The notes beneath the pieces were generated by a model that did not search any database, had not been told where the DNA came from, and saw only the letters and a list, made by a program, of their open reading frames with translations. Below are positions 1 to 15,293 of a stretch of DNA of 56,922 nucleotides, piece after piece. Each line of letters begins with the position of its first letter. The first letter of the stretch is position 1. The stretch lies in contig BCIN01000006.1 in assembly GCA_039545335.1 (NCBI GenBank), positions 1,240,001-1,296,922 on the forward strand, in the 5' to 3' direction. This stretch comes from Kondoa subrosea (Eukaryota). Made by a program: the position numbers and the translations under genes.

Positions 1-42
1 TTGTTATTTTACAATGCATTGAATGCGACTTTATCTCATATG

Positions 43-931
43 CTATCGATCTTTCTTGTTCTCAGTTGGCGCTTCTTCTAACTCTGCTAATCTGTCACTC
101 TCTTCCTTCGCTGCTTCCTTCTGAGCCATTTCTAACTTGACCTCTCTTGCGAGTCTTTCTCGTTCAGCTCGTGCTTCCTGCAAGACCACTCAGTATTTAT
201 CACAGCAGATCTAAGTCAGCCTACAGTAGACAAGCGATCATCTCGGATAGCCAACAGAGTCTGTTGTGTCCTCGCTTTCTCAGCCAGTTGCGCCGCTTTC
301 CTATTCTTTTCCGCTTTCTCGCTCGCTTCCTTAATGACCATCGTCCGATTGATCAAAGTTTCGTTCGCCAATTTCAACTGATCCAATTGTTTCTTTGAAG
401 GAGAAGAAGGGAAAACCATATGTTCTTCATAATTCTGAACTGATTTGGCCCAATAACATTTTAACAAAAGGTTCACAGCTCCTTGAACTTCAACAATCCT
501 TCTCTTGATCTGTGCATTGCCTAATCGAATAGATCGTTTTTCAGGGATTGCTAAAGCGTTGGTAGTCAGGGTGATGAGTAAACCCAATGTATCCAAAGCT
601 GTGGGACGAGGATTGCGACCTAAAATATCGTCGTCGATGATTTTGAGCTACGGCAGTCAAGCAGCATAGGCATGAGCAAACGGAGTTGCTGCTGAAGAGG
701 CTCTCGACATACAAGAAGACGACGTTCGGCTGCTAGAGCTAGACGAGCTTGAGCTTGATCATTCGAACTCGAGGGTGCTGAAGAGCGGAGGAGGGCTGCT
801 TCTGCTGCTCTATAGGGCCTGTCAGATATGGTCCATAGATAGTGAGAGAGAGCTTACGCGGATCTAGCTGGAGCTGTAGGTGATGCAGGGCCACCAATTG
901 ACTGAGGGGAAGTTGGAACTTGGTCTTGCAT
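43..931 (-). CDS. PUB-domain-like protein with C-terminal coiled coil (putative Cdc48/p97 cofactor), spliced
   Basis: ATG at 931 (MQDQVPTSP...), GT-AG introns, exon TLGLLITLTTNALAIPEKRSIRLGNAQIKRRIVEVQGAVNLLLKCYW resembles the PUB fold; E/K/R-rich tail ends at TAG 43-45. Confidence 0.65.
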
Positions 932-1292
932 CAGAGGATGAGATTCGTCCACGATTGATTGATTCACGTGCTAGAATACTGTTGCTGGGTATACGTGAGC
1001 TGTAAAGAGGTATCTTTTGACCAGGCTTCCCGTTGATGATCGATGACAAACAATTTGGGTCGATTCGCGAAGTGTAGTCTATCAATGTAGCGCTATTCCG
1101 TGCTCCTTCAGCCCACTCTCAGCGAGCTTCATGCGTGTAGTGCTCCTCTAAAGAACGTTTGATACAGCGTAACCTCATGGAAGTAAACCTAGACCTCAGC
1201 TACCTACTTTCTTGCTGTAACACATTGTCACAGAGCGGAGGCGACAGACAGAGAGCGCAATGAAAGATGTAGACAAAAATGATGAAAATGCA

Positions 1293-3237
<1,945 letters not shown>

Positions 3238-3279
3238 AGCTTGAAAGGGTATTGGACGTTGAATGGAGAGAGAGAGAGC

Positions 3280-3318
3280 CGCGTCACCAGAATTGACCTC
3301 TCACTTCAAGACCGCCAC
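3280..3318 (-). promoter_or_regulatory. Candidate promoter motif cluster upstream of RPT1
   Basis: + strand CGCGTCA 3280-3286, TTGACCTCT 3293-3301, TCAAG 3306-3310, CCGCCAC 3312-3318; the same words recur upstream of RPN11. Confidence 0.35.
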
Positions 3319-3452
3319 GCTTTAAGCTACAAGGCAGCTCATTGTGAGCAATAAATTCATACTATCCTATTACTGCAGCTCATACGGTAACATCATTGAT
3401 TCCAGCAACAAAATCCTCGGTTTCTGTTGAACCTCATTAAGTTGCACGTATT

Positions 3453-4063
3453 ATGAGCGCCCAAGACCCGCACGATGTCGACTCAGGTGCGTCCCCCTCT
3501 CCTATCCTTGCCTACGTACTCTGATGCGTTGACTTTAGACGACATTGATGCACTGTCCGATCCAGAAATGGATCAATCCCATTCAGCTTCAGGTGAAGAA
3601 CCAGAATTGGTAGGTTCGGATGTAGAAATGACTACCAAACCTTCTATTTCCACTACTACTACTACTCAAAATACTTCTGTTGCTGCGGGGGAATCAAGAA
3701 AGAAATCTACCGCTACTGGATCTAGAACTGGTGGTAGATCTAATAGATCTTCTAGAAGACATGCTGCTACTACTTCTACTGGAGGAGGAGGAAGTAAAGA
3801 TTTTGGGAATAATGGGATTAGTTGGACTTCGGGACCTGGAGGTGTTGCTGGAAGTGGAACGGCTTGGGCGGCTGACAAAATTGTGGATCAGGATTATTGG
3901 AGAGGTTTGTTCTTCCTTGATGATACACAACGGACTCAAGCTGATTAATGACCGAACAGACTTTGGCGATCCATTCTTACCCGAAGGGATCTCGGTGCCA
4001 GCCAAGAAATCTTCTGCTTCAACTGCAATCAGTACTTCGGCCGCTGGTACGGCTTCAAAGTGA
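3453..4063 (+). CDS. Hypothetical low-complexity protein (3 exons) with a WAADKIVDQDYWRDFGDPF segment near the C-terminus
   Basis: ATG 3453; introns with GTGCGT and GTTTGT donors join in frame to TGA 4061-4063. Confidence 0.65.
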
Positions 4064-4481
4064 TGGATCAAATGATTGATCAAGGGTAAGACTTATGCTA
4101 TAGATGAGTAATCAAGCTAAAGCTAGATGCAGGAAAGAACGGTATACCTTCATACTTATGAGACTCAGCTGGTCGAACCGCAAATGTAACAAATCTTCTC
4201 GCTTCGACTGTTTCTTCCTATCTTCTCTACCTTGATATAATACCGAAGTCGTGCTCCTTTGCCTTAATCGCTCGCAGTTCACTTTTATGCCACATCAGCT
4301 TGTCACGGCTAAGCAGACTCGATGTGAATAGGTAGCATAATTGATTGAGTACTAATACAAGAATCATGGCCCTCGCCTTCACCTTTAGCAATACAGAGGG
4401 ACATGTTGTCTGGCGACAAGTACTGCCTATATTGAGACCATGAACATTTAAATGACGGAGACCTGCTTACTTACTGCTGAA

Positions 4482-5051
4482 TCATTGGCGAGTTCTGGTG
4501 CGGCCCCGTTCGTGTCTAGCATCGTAGGCCGCATCGACTTCATCTTCAACTTTCCTGATTTGCCCTTCGAGTACATCCAATTTGGCTTTACAGTCCACAA
4601 TCTCTGCGGTCTGTCATATGTTAGTGATCAGGTCAAGGTGGCACGAACCGAGACGATCGTTTACCCGTTTCTTCACTAATTCTGTCAGGAACGGAATCAG
4701 CGGATTGTATGTACCAAGCGTCAGCATGAACGTACGACAAGATAGCGGGTCATGGAGATAGCCCTACTCAGGCACAAAGCACATAAGCTCGCTTTCAACT
4801 AGACTGGAAATGGGCTGTACTTTGTAATAATCGACTTCAGCTTCGCAGCCCTTCTTATACTGCCAAAGACGATCTTCGTCAGCTTTCAACTTCTGCTCAT
4901 ACTTGTCAGCAGCCTCGAATTTGCGCTCAGCTCGCGAAGGCAGTCGTTGACAGCAAGATAAGTCGCGTTCTCTCCTGTCTCTACCTCTACTCGTAGAATC
5001 GTATTGAGCTTGACTGGCATCGGCACGAGTTCTGGAAGACATGGAAGACAT
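4482..5051 (-). CDS. Hypothetical small coiled-coil protein, spliced
   Basis: ORF 4764-5051 plus downstream exon EIVDCKAKLDVLEGQIRKVEDEVDAAYDARHERGRTRTRQ*; canonical splice sites, internal exon structure uncertain. Confidence 0.5.
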
Positions 5052-5479
5052 GGAAGATGATCAGATTGTAGAGTTTGGGACTGCAAGAGGTTCAAGAGCC
5101 CGCGCTGGGAACTTCTTTGAGGTAGAGCTTATGACAAAGGGAACTTGCGAAGACAGCAAAGCCAAGGCGATACCATATGATAGGACAGAGCAAGATATAT
5201 ACGTGAGAGACCAGAACGTTGTATTAGATGCGCCAGATCGCTTTGGAATAGAGACTATGTCACTGGGTTGTGAACAAAGGTTGCCTCCAGTAAGGGAACA
5301 ATCTTCGAGACCTAGAAGAGTAGAGGAAGCGAGCACAATCTGTGGCGAGCAGCGGATTGCGATATCAGAAGACTTCCAGATAAATCAATCATGCTTATTA
5401 CTGAATCTCGGTCAGCGAAGCTTCCTTCTGACCGCTGCCTCCGCTCTACTAATTTTTAGTGCGTGATATATGACATCGT

Positions 5480-6929
<1,450 letters not shown>

Positions 6930-7052
6930 CTTTTGCTGATTTTAAGGCTTGTAAGACTCTCCAAGGTATGTATTGAGCTTTGATTGATGGCTCAAGGTAT
7001 CTGTAGTTGCGATATCTGATTGAAAGAAGGAGCAATGGGTGATGGTCGCTGT

Positions 7053-7088
7053 TTGACCTCTGACGCGCAAGTCAAGCGAAACTGCCAC
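7053..7088 (-). promoter_or_regulatory. Candidate promoter motif cluster upstream of RPN11
   Basis: + strand TTGACCTCT 7053-7061, TGACGCG 7061-7067, TCAAG 7072-7076, CTGCCAC 7082-7088; shared with the RPT1 upstream region. Confidence 0.35.
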
Positions 7089-7275
7089 TCGAAGATATGT
7101 CTATAATAGTGCGTCTGTCTAGATTTCTAATACAGTACAAATAGCCATCTCTTTTCGTGGGCGATGCTAGATTCAACGGAGGCGATACCTCAGCAATTCG
7201 CCGACTCTTACTTTCCCCATCTCTTCTCCTTTGAATTCATTTCTCGCTGGAGAAGTTTCTGTTGAGCTGGTCTCC

Positions 7276-7716
7276 ATGATGTTTTCTCTTCGCATTTCAT
7301 TCTTTCATTCATTTCTTCTATTATCCATTCTTTCAATCGCAACCGCCGCAAATCCAGTCGAACGAAATCTTCCAGCAGCGTCAGACGATTATACGTCCAC
7401 GACGACAGGTAAGGACCTTCTTTTGTATTGCTGACCGGACTTGATATTCGCTCTTGAAGTATTCACGACCATTTATTCGACCAGAATCAAACAAGCTTCT
7501 GTTTCCGCTTCAGCTACCATGTCAGACAGTCTCCAAGCTTCATCTTTCATCTTGCAGAATAACGCGGTAGCTTTTCCTTCTTCTTCTTCTTCAATGAATA
7601 GTACTGCATCACCCTCCGCAAGCTCAAGTCATTCTGGAAGTACTTCAATAGAGTTTATGTGCAAGAGAATGATAGGAATAGCTGGAATAGTCGGACTGTA
7701 CTTCTTGGTCTTGTGA
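7276..7716 (+). CDS. Small secreted Ser/Thr-rich, probably GPI-anchored cell-surface protein
   Basis: Signal peptide (FFHSFLLLSILSIATAANPVER), one intron, Ser-rich stalk, hydrophobic C-terminus IGIAGIVGLYFLVL. Confidence 0.7.
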
Positions 7717-7721
7717 AAATT

Positions 7722-9408
7722 TCAAGCAGAGCCAGAGCGCCAGTCGTCGCCCACGAAATCCAGATTTAGGTTGCTGTTGATTGTTACTTCGCGAATTCTC
7801 CTTGCTTGCTGTCTTCTGATCTCCAAAACCCTTTTAGACAACTGTTGTTCTCCTTACATTAGCTTATTATGATGAGAAAAGGATGATGGAAAACGCACGA
7901 TAACAACATCTTTCAGTAAGACAAAAGCACAACCGCCAATTGCGTTTCTCCACCAAACCGGATCCACTTCTTTCCCAGTCATCATCAGATCATGAGGACC
8001 TAATCCAGCCCATCTCATCCAACTTGAAGTTTTCATCCCTTTACTATCCATCTTCAGAGCAGCTTTCCAAACTTTCTCATTTCCTAAACCCAAAAGGACC
8101 CTTAATCTCATCCAACCAGTCTTTTGCGCCAAGTAGAGTAATAAATTCCCACTAGCAGCAGAAATGAAAGGGAACAACAAAGCGCCAACAATCATTCTTG
8201 ATAACACATGTACGCTAAGTGTTAGAGCAGCATTGATTTGATGTCCTCCTCCACCTCCTTCGTTTTGAGCTGGTTGTTGACCAATTTCGCCATCTGGAAA
8301 AGCTTCTTCTTCCTGTTGTTCAGGTAAATTGAAGTTTTGCCGAGTGAAACGAAATACGCCAGCTGCTGGAGTGGTTGATACAGGTGGTCGACCAGCGAGA
8401 ACAGCACGAAAGAGTTTGCGACGTAAAGCATTGTAGATCAATCGAACCCAAGGAAGAAGGATAACGGTTGATGCAGCTGTGGGAGCAGTCGTTAGAAGAG
8501 AAGTGGCTACTTGAGTTGTGTTATTCAAGGGTGAAAAGGTGATGAGGGAGAGAGGAAGAACTGGTAGTAGAGAATCAATAATGTTGCTTCGAGAGAAAAT
8601 CAGCATCGGCGCAATCAATGGGAAGTTGAGGTAGTATGACCAGCTGAAGATAGTATAAGTAGGGGAGCTAATCATTTGTTACGTGCTTACGGCCATGACT
8701 TTGCTAGCACCCGATTTGCTTCTGCGGTTCCCAAAAAGGTTCTTGTAGCGTAGACACCATAAACACCTGAGGAGATACCAATTCCAACGACACCAAGGCC
8801 TATAGCTGACCGTATAGCAAGACTATCGAGACGAGAGTCCACGTAGTCATAGAGATTCAGAAGGGTTGATTTGGGCTGTACAAGATGGTATAGATTTCCA
8901 CACTGAGGACATTTAACAGGTCTTCTTGCAGGCGGACCAGAAGCAGTAGATCTCAGTTGAGCTTCGGATATCCAATGAAGTAAACATTCTTCGTGAGCCT
9001 TGCGTGAACAGTAAGTAGTGACATTTATATATTGCACTACCGACTCACTAAAAGGCTACAAGCACACGCATGTACCCATCTAGATGTCTCTGCAGTGTCT
9101 TCTGCTTCGCCAGAATAGCAGATGAAACACTGCTTATTGTTGACATCTGACGCACAATACTTCCTGCCGACCTTGTTGCCTGGTGCTCGCCGTCTCGATG
9201 CAGTACTGGTCGTAGATTGCTGAGATCCTCTTCGTGCTATTCTAGGCGAAGCAGGACCGCCAGATTGACTTCCATGCCTTGCCAAACTCGGTGACGATGC
9301 GCTTGACACATTGCTGTTTGTCCTGAAAAGACGAGCGTTTCTTGAAGGAGTCACAGGTCCAGCTGCTGTTGGCTCGTCCACAAGCTCTTGCCGATAAGTA
9401 CCGCTCAT
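7722..9408 (-). CDS. RING-CH (RINGv) membrane E3 ubiquitin ligase, MARCH5/MITOL-like
   Basis: CFICY...WVHACACSLL|AHEECLLHWI...CPQC, several hydrophobic segments, WWRNAIGGCAFVLLKD near the C-terminus. Confidence 0.8.
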
Positions 9409-9461
9409 GGTTTGACGTTTGAGAGCAACCTGCCTTTGTTGAAACACAAGCGAGTCAGTGC

Positions 9462-11899
9462 ATGACACCCAGAAGAGCCGGCCTGTATCTGAGCAGAGCC
9501 AGGCAAATCCGCTATTCCTCTTATACCGCTAGAAATGATTCCCTGCTGCGTGACATCTTCGACAAACCTCGATTATGGCAATCTGTCTCAGCCAAACAGT
9601 CTGGCTCTGCAGTAGCATCAACACACAGAGGACTTTTTCGCTACCCTCAAGTTACTCAACCTGATGATTTACCTCAATTAGCAGCTAGAACCTTGTCCAG
9701 AGCTCAACTCATAGTCAAACGCATTTGCTCTTTGCCTGATCTTTTCGCTTCTCGTTCGCATACACCTGCTGAAGCGCTGCTTATCACTGCTAAACAATTC
9801 GATCGCTTGTCGGATCTGCTTTGCGGTGTTATTGACCTGTGCGAGTTCGTTCGCAATGTACATTCTGAAGAAGCTTGGGTAGCAAAGGGACATCAAGCGT
9901 ATGAAGAGCTTTGTAGTTATATGAATGAGCTAAATACCCATATCGGCTTGTACAAGGTATGTTTCGTCCGCTTCAATATTCGAGTACCACTGCTAATCGC
10001 GATCCTGAAGATTCTCAAAGACGTACTTCAACACTTTCCAGAAGAAGGAAGAGGCATCGATCCTCGACTATACGCGGCCTATCAAGTCTCTGCTCAATTT
10101 TTGCGGGATTTCGAGAAATCTGGTATCCATCTACCAGAACAAGAAAGGAAAAGATTCGTTCAATTATCGGACGCTGCCATCTACTTAGGAAGACAGTTTA
10201 CGCATCCTTCTCATCAAACTTCAGAGTCTATGCCTATTATACTTTCGGAGGAAGAACTCTCTCCTATAACAACCCGTTTCTTGAATTTGACTCGAGGTGA
10301 AAAAGGCTATGAGTTGCGTCCAGATACCTATGAAGCGCATCATGTGTTACGATGTCATCCCGCTGAACGAATACGCAAACGAGTCTGGAAAGCTCAAAAT
10401 ACTGGAGATCCTCAGCAGATTCGAGTCTTGGAAGAGTTGCTAGCTGTAAGAGCGCAGACGGCTCGCTTGATAGGCAAAGGATCCTTCAGTGAATCAACTT
10501 TGACGGACAAGATGGCAAGAAATCCAGGTCAGCATCATTAATTTCAGCAAAGGGCCAAGCTGAGTTCAAAGCAGAAAGCGTAATGACTTTTTTACGCTCC
10601 TTAGCCAAAAACAATGCACCACAAGTAGCTCAAGAACTTTCTGCACTTTCACCAATGGTTTCCATAGCTCCTTGGAACAGAGATTACCTTTCGACACAAT
10701 ATCTGGAAGGCCTCACATCCCTCTCTAGCAATCTTTCCGCTTTCTTTAGCGTCGGTACAGTAATTCAAGGTCTCTCAAGACTCTTTTCCTCCATCTTTGG
10801 TGTTTCTTTTCATTTCGAAGAACCAGCTTCCGATGAATTGCTTTGGCACAATTCTATACGAAAACTAGTTGTCAAGGATGAAAACTCTGGTGTTCTAGGG
10901 TATATATATTGTGATTTGTTTGGAAGAGCTGGAAAACCTTCTGGAGCGGCTCATTATACTGTTCGATGTGCCAGAAGAACGGACGATGATGATTCAGAGG
11001 GAGATATTGATTTCGCTCAAGGCAGTATAGAAAGGGATATCATTCAACCTGGATCGGATAGCAGAAGAGGAATTGAAGGAAGATGGCAACTCCCGACTAT
11101 TGTGCTCAGTTGCGATTTTGAAGAAACGGCTTTCGGCAGAGCGAATCTTTCTTGGCAAGAAGTGGAAACCTTGTTCCACGAAGTAGGACATGCAATACAT
11201 TGTGCGTTCATCTCACGACTCAAATTTCTCTTCTGATGAGATACAACAGCCATGCTCGGTCAAACGGAATATCAGAATGTTTCCGGCACTAGATGCGCAA
11301 CCGATTTCGTGGAACTCCCTTCTATCCTTATGGAGCATTTCTGTTCTTCTTCCGCTGTACTAGGTCTGTACGCTCGTCGATCTGATGATACTCCATTACC
11401 GCTCGACCTACTTCGTCAACATCAATCCCGTCTATCGGCATTCTCAGCTTTAGAACAATCCCATCAAATCATCTTAGCAGCTACTGATCAAGCTTATCAT
11501 TCTTCCTCTGTCTTAGACGATACTAATTTCAGTTCTACTCAAGCTTGGTATAAAGCAAACAACGAATTTGGTCCACCTGGATTAAGTCAAGATTTAGAAA
11601 GAGCGAAAAGTAGTTGGCAAACTCGATTTATTCATTTAGTAGGTTATGGAGCTACTTATTATTCATACCTTTTGGATCGAGCTATTGCTGGAAGAGTTTG
11701 GAGTCAAGTTTTCGAAGGTAAAGCGATAGATAGAGAAGCTGGCGAGAAATATAGAAAAGAAGTACTAGAATGGGGAGGTGGGAAAGAACCTTGGGAATGC
11801 CTGGCTGGGTTATTGGAAGACGATACATTGGCTCAAGGCGGAACAAAAGCAATGCACAAGGTAGGGCACTGGGGTATTGAGAAGATTCAGCCTGCTTGA
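9462..11899 (+). CDS. OCT1: Mitochondrial intermediate peptidase (M3 metallopeptidase, MIP)
   Basis: Arg-rich presequence, DRLSDLLCGVID, HEVGH zinc motif, SGTRCATDFVELPS, HLVGYGATYYSYL; 3 introns. Confidence 0.95.
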
Positions 11900-12432
11900 T
11901 GGTGTAGCTGGACATATCAACGAGGTATGTTTCAATTTCTTGGCTCATCTTTTGATCCTTATTCTGATGCCTCTGAGCATAGCTTCTGAATTGCTTAAGC
12001 TGAATCTCAGGAATCGTGGACATACGACTTATGGTCTTGGAAGCATGGTAAGAAGGCACTCAGGTATGCATCGCGTTGTGCAGCGATATATTGGCTGACA
12101 AAGCACTCCGAAGCAGGCTTTGCTTAGCGAGTACAGTAATCTTCCCTCAGGAGAAAAATGCGACATCGACCAATTCTATCTACAGCGGTACAACAGGATC
12201 ACACTAGTCCTTGCCATCTTAAGTGGCAGAAGACGAAAGCGACCGTTCTTCAGGACGACAACTCCATCGCTTCTTTCAGGCCGCAGCTGGAGTAGATAAT
12301 ACCGAGGGTTGCGGTTGAACCTTGTATCGTATCGTATTGGCGAGCAAAAGGATGTAAATGGACGGTCGTTCCCGCCATTGACCGAATTCGACCAATTTCA
12401 CAGACTTGCTATGACCTCAACTATCGAGATCT

Positions 12433-13403
12433 TCATTCTTCTGCCATGTCTTCATCTTGATCCACAGTATCATCAATCATTCCATCTTCTCTACTCTTCT
12501 CCGCTTGAGGAACAACATGAGCAGCAGACATTCTTTCGGTTGTTTCCTGAACGAAAGCCATTGCAACCTCATTCATCTCTTGACTAACAACCGCACAAGC
12601 TTTTGCACCTAATCTCAACATTCCTTCAAACCTATCCAAATTCAATCTAGTTTCCATATTAACCAAAGTCACTTTTCCGATCTTCTCTTCATCTCCTTCT
12701 GAATCTTGTTCTTCTGATTTATTTTGAGTTGGTGCTAAGCAAGCAATTGTCATTGTTGGTAAATCATTTTCTTCAGGTGCACATGGATCTAGTAAAGGTG
12801 TATCGTGTAAACAAGAAATAGTTACTGAACAAACTGGAGAAGAAAGTGAAATGCCAGCATGAATTAAAGCTAAAGAAACTGCATTGATAGCTGCTGATAA
12901 AACTGAACCATCTTGTTGTAGAATGAGAAGAGAGATTTCTATTGATGAGCGAGGATAGAGTTCTAAGCTGATGACGGGTTCAAAAGTATTCTTTATCGCT
13001 GCTGCGAATTCAACCACTCTCCTATACAAATCACCAGTTTACACATTAGCTAAGCTTGGAATGTATGTATGCGAAGGAAAGAAGCTCACCTATCGTTTTT
13101 CGACCTTTTCCTTCTTTCCTGACCAGATGAGAATGCAGCATAATTCACATCAACATTAATCGTCCCTTGTTCAGTACTATGTCCTCCTCCTCCTCCTCTT
13201 CCTGTCCTGTTATTACTACTACTAGCTTCTCTTGGTCCTATTACAGTAGCTTGAACATGAGTTAAACCAAGTTGAGCAGAAGCAGATCCATCCACTAAAG
13301 GTGAAGAGATTACATCCACTAATAATGTAATAGGTCGTAATTCTAATGGCCGACGAGAATCTAGTCTTAGTGAACTGTTGGATAATAGAATTGGTCGAGA
13401 CAT
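12433..13403 (-). CDS. RRP41: RNA exosome core subunit Rrp41/Ski6 (RNase PH fold)
   Basis: LRLDSRRPLELR, DGSASAQLGLT, YPRSSIEI, QQDGSVLSAAINA; one intron. Confidence 0.9.
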
Positions 13404-13485
13404 GGTTTCTTGTCAAGCACAGTTGTTCTGAAGCAGCCAAGTAGCCAGCCATAATACCAGTCTGAGAGATACACACTTTTGAGCT

Positions 13486-15130
13486 ATGAGCAGTGTTTGG
13501 AATCCAGACAGCGTCAAAGTGAGCAAATCACTGGATAAACTACTGAATAACTATATTGATCAAGTTGTTGAAAACACCATAGAATGCTGCTGAATCCTGC
13601 GGAATAGCCAATCTACCAGATACAGTAGCCAACAGTCTAGCAGCAGAAGTGGAATACCGTCTAAGAGAAATAGTAGAAGAATCATTGAAATTCATGCGAC
13701 ATGGGAAACGAAGTAAACTAAAAGTGGAAGATGTGGATTTAGCTTTCAAAGCAAAGAATATCGAACCGTTATGGGGTTTCTCTGCTCCTGAACCACCTCA
13801 ATTCAAGAAAGCTACTTCAGCATTTGGCAATGTCTATTTTGTTGAAGAAGAGGAAATTGATCTCACGAGACTATTACATGCTCCTCTACCTCCTGTACCA
13901 AGGGAGATGTCCTACACGGGTTTGTTCACCCAAATCAATTCTGGCTTCTTCAAGCTAATACGCCCACCTAGCACATTGGCTGGCGGTCGAAGGTGTTCAG
14001 CCTAGTATCAGCCAGAATCCAACAGCAGCAGGTAAACTTCATAGTATCCCATTGACGTCACTCTAGCTAATCTTGATCGAATACAGAAATCGCTCAAGTA
14101 TCAAATGACAAATCCTCTTCTTCCACCTCTTCTTCACGACAAACCAACTCAAACGACATTGACGTCCGGCCTTTAGTGAAACACGTCTTATCTCGAGAAC
14201 TTCAACTTTATTTCGATAGATTAACATCAGCAGCAACTGATTCAGATCAAAGTATGAGAGAAGCAGCTTTAGCTTCTTTAAGAGCAGATACAGGTTTAGG
14301 TGGTTTAGTACCTTATTTAGTTCAATGGTTGGCAGAAAAAGTTACAACTGGGTTAAAAGATACTGCGAATTTGGAAATGATGTTGAACGCTTTACATGCA
14401 ATGTTGAGGAATCCAACTCTATCTGTTGAACCATACGTGAGTTTTCCGTCTTCTTCCATATGACTGACTTATACTGATTCTATGAGGTCGTGATTTGCAG
14501 CTACATCAAATGATTCCTATTGTTCTATCAGCACTATTAAGCGGAACCATAGGTGAACCTTCTTCTCAACCACCAGCCATAGAAATCCGAACGCACGCTT
14601 CTTCTCTACTCTATTACATCTTAACCGAATATTCTGGTTCTTACCCTTCTTTACGTCCTAGATTATTAAGAACGCTATTAAGAGGTTTAGTGGAAGAGGG
14701 GAAAACACCAGGAACTAGATTAGGTGCCGTTACCGCTTTAGCTGGGTTAGGTAAAGAAGCTGTGTTGTCTACTTTGGGTAAAATGGGGAATTTGAAATTA
14801 TTGGGTGAAAGTTTGAGTAGGTTTCAAGGGAGTCAAGAGATTCCGGAAATTGTTTATAGGATTATGGTATGTTCTTCTTCTTCTCTTTTTTCTTCCGCGA
14901 GTAGATATTCAATTCTGAATGGGAAACAGGCCGCACTTGAAATGGCACTGAATGTACAAGAACCTAGACAAGATGAAGTCTCTTCAGATGTTCCTCAAGA
15001 AGTCCTTGACTCAGTCGGAGAAATGTTTGGTCAAGAGCTAGCTAGAAGGCCTGCCCTCGTAGCGGCTCTGCAAGCGTACAACGGAGAATCGAGAAGTACA
15101 GCTGGTGTAGAAAATGGCATGGAGTTCTAG
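13486..15130 (+). CDS. TAF6: TFIID/SAGA subunit Taf6
   Basis: Histone fold EVEYRLREIVEESLKFMRH, HWLAVEGVQP, VKHVLSRELQLYF, HEAT-like C-terminus; spliced. Confidence 0.95.
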
Positions 15131-15293
15131 CTCTTCTAATGTATTACGATGTTGTAGGGAATGAGAAAGTGACAAGAACTGATACATTATGCGCAATTAA
15201 AAGTCTGGCGCTGAGTCGTAACGACGAAAGCAAAACTGCTCATATACAAAGAGTTTGAACGAGTTAAAGTTGCAAGGAACCGATTCAAGATAC

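Noticed and set aside
5041..5466. ORFs 5041-5466 (+) and 5061-5336 (-) as extra genes or an RPN11 extension
   Set aside because: No motifs; RPN11 is already full length; the region is better read as UTR and promoter.
12600..13380. AT-rich stretches as horizontal transfer or RIP
   Set aside because: They are intact exons of core genes with native-style introns; the bias is better explained by the exon-polarity observation.
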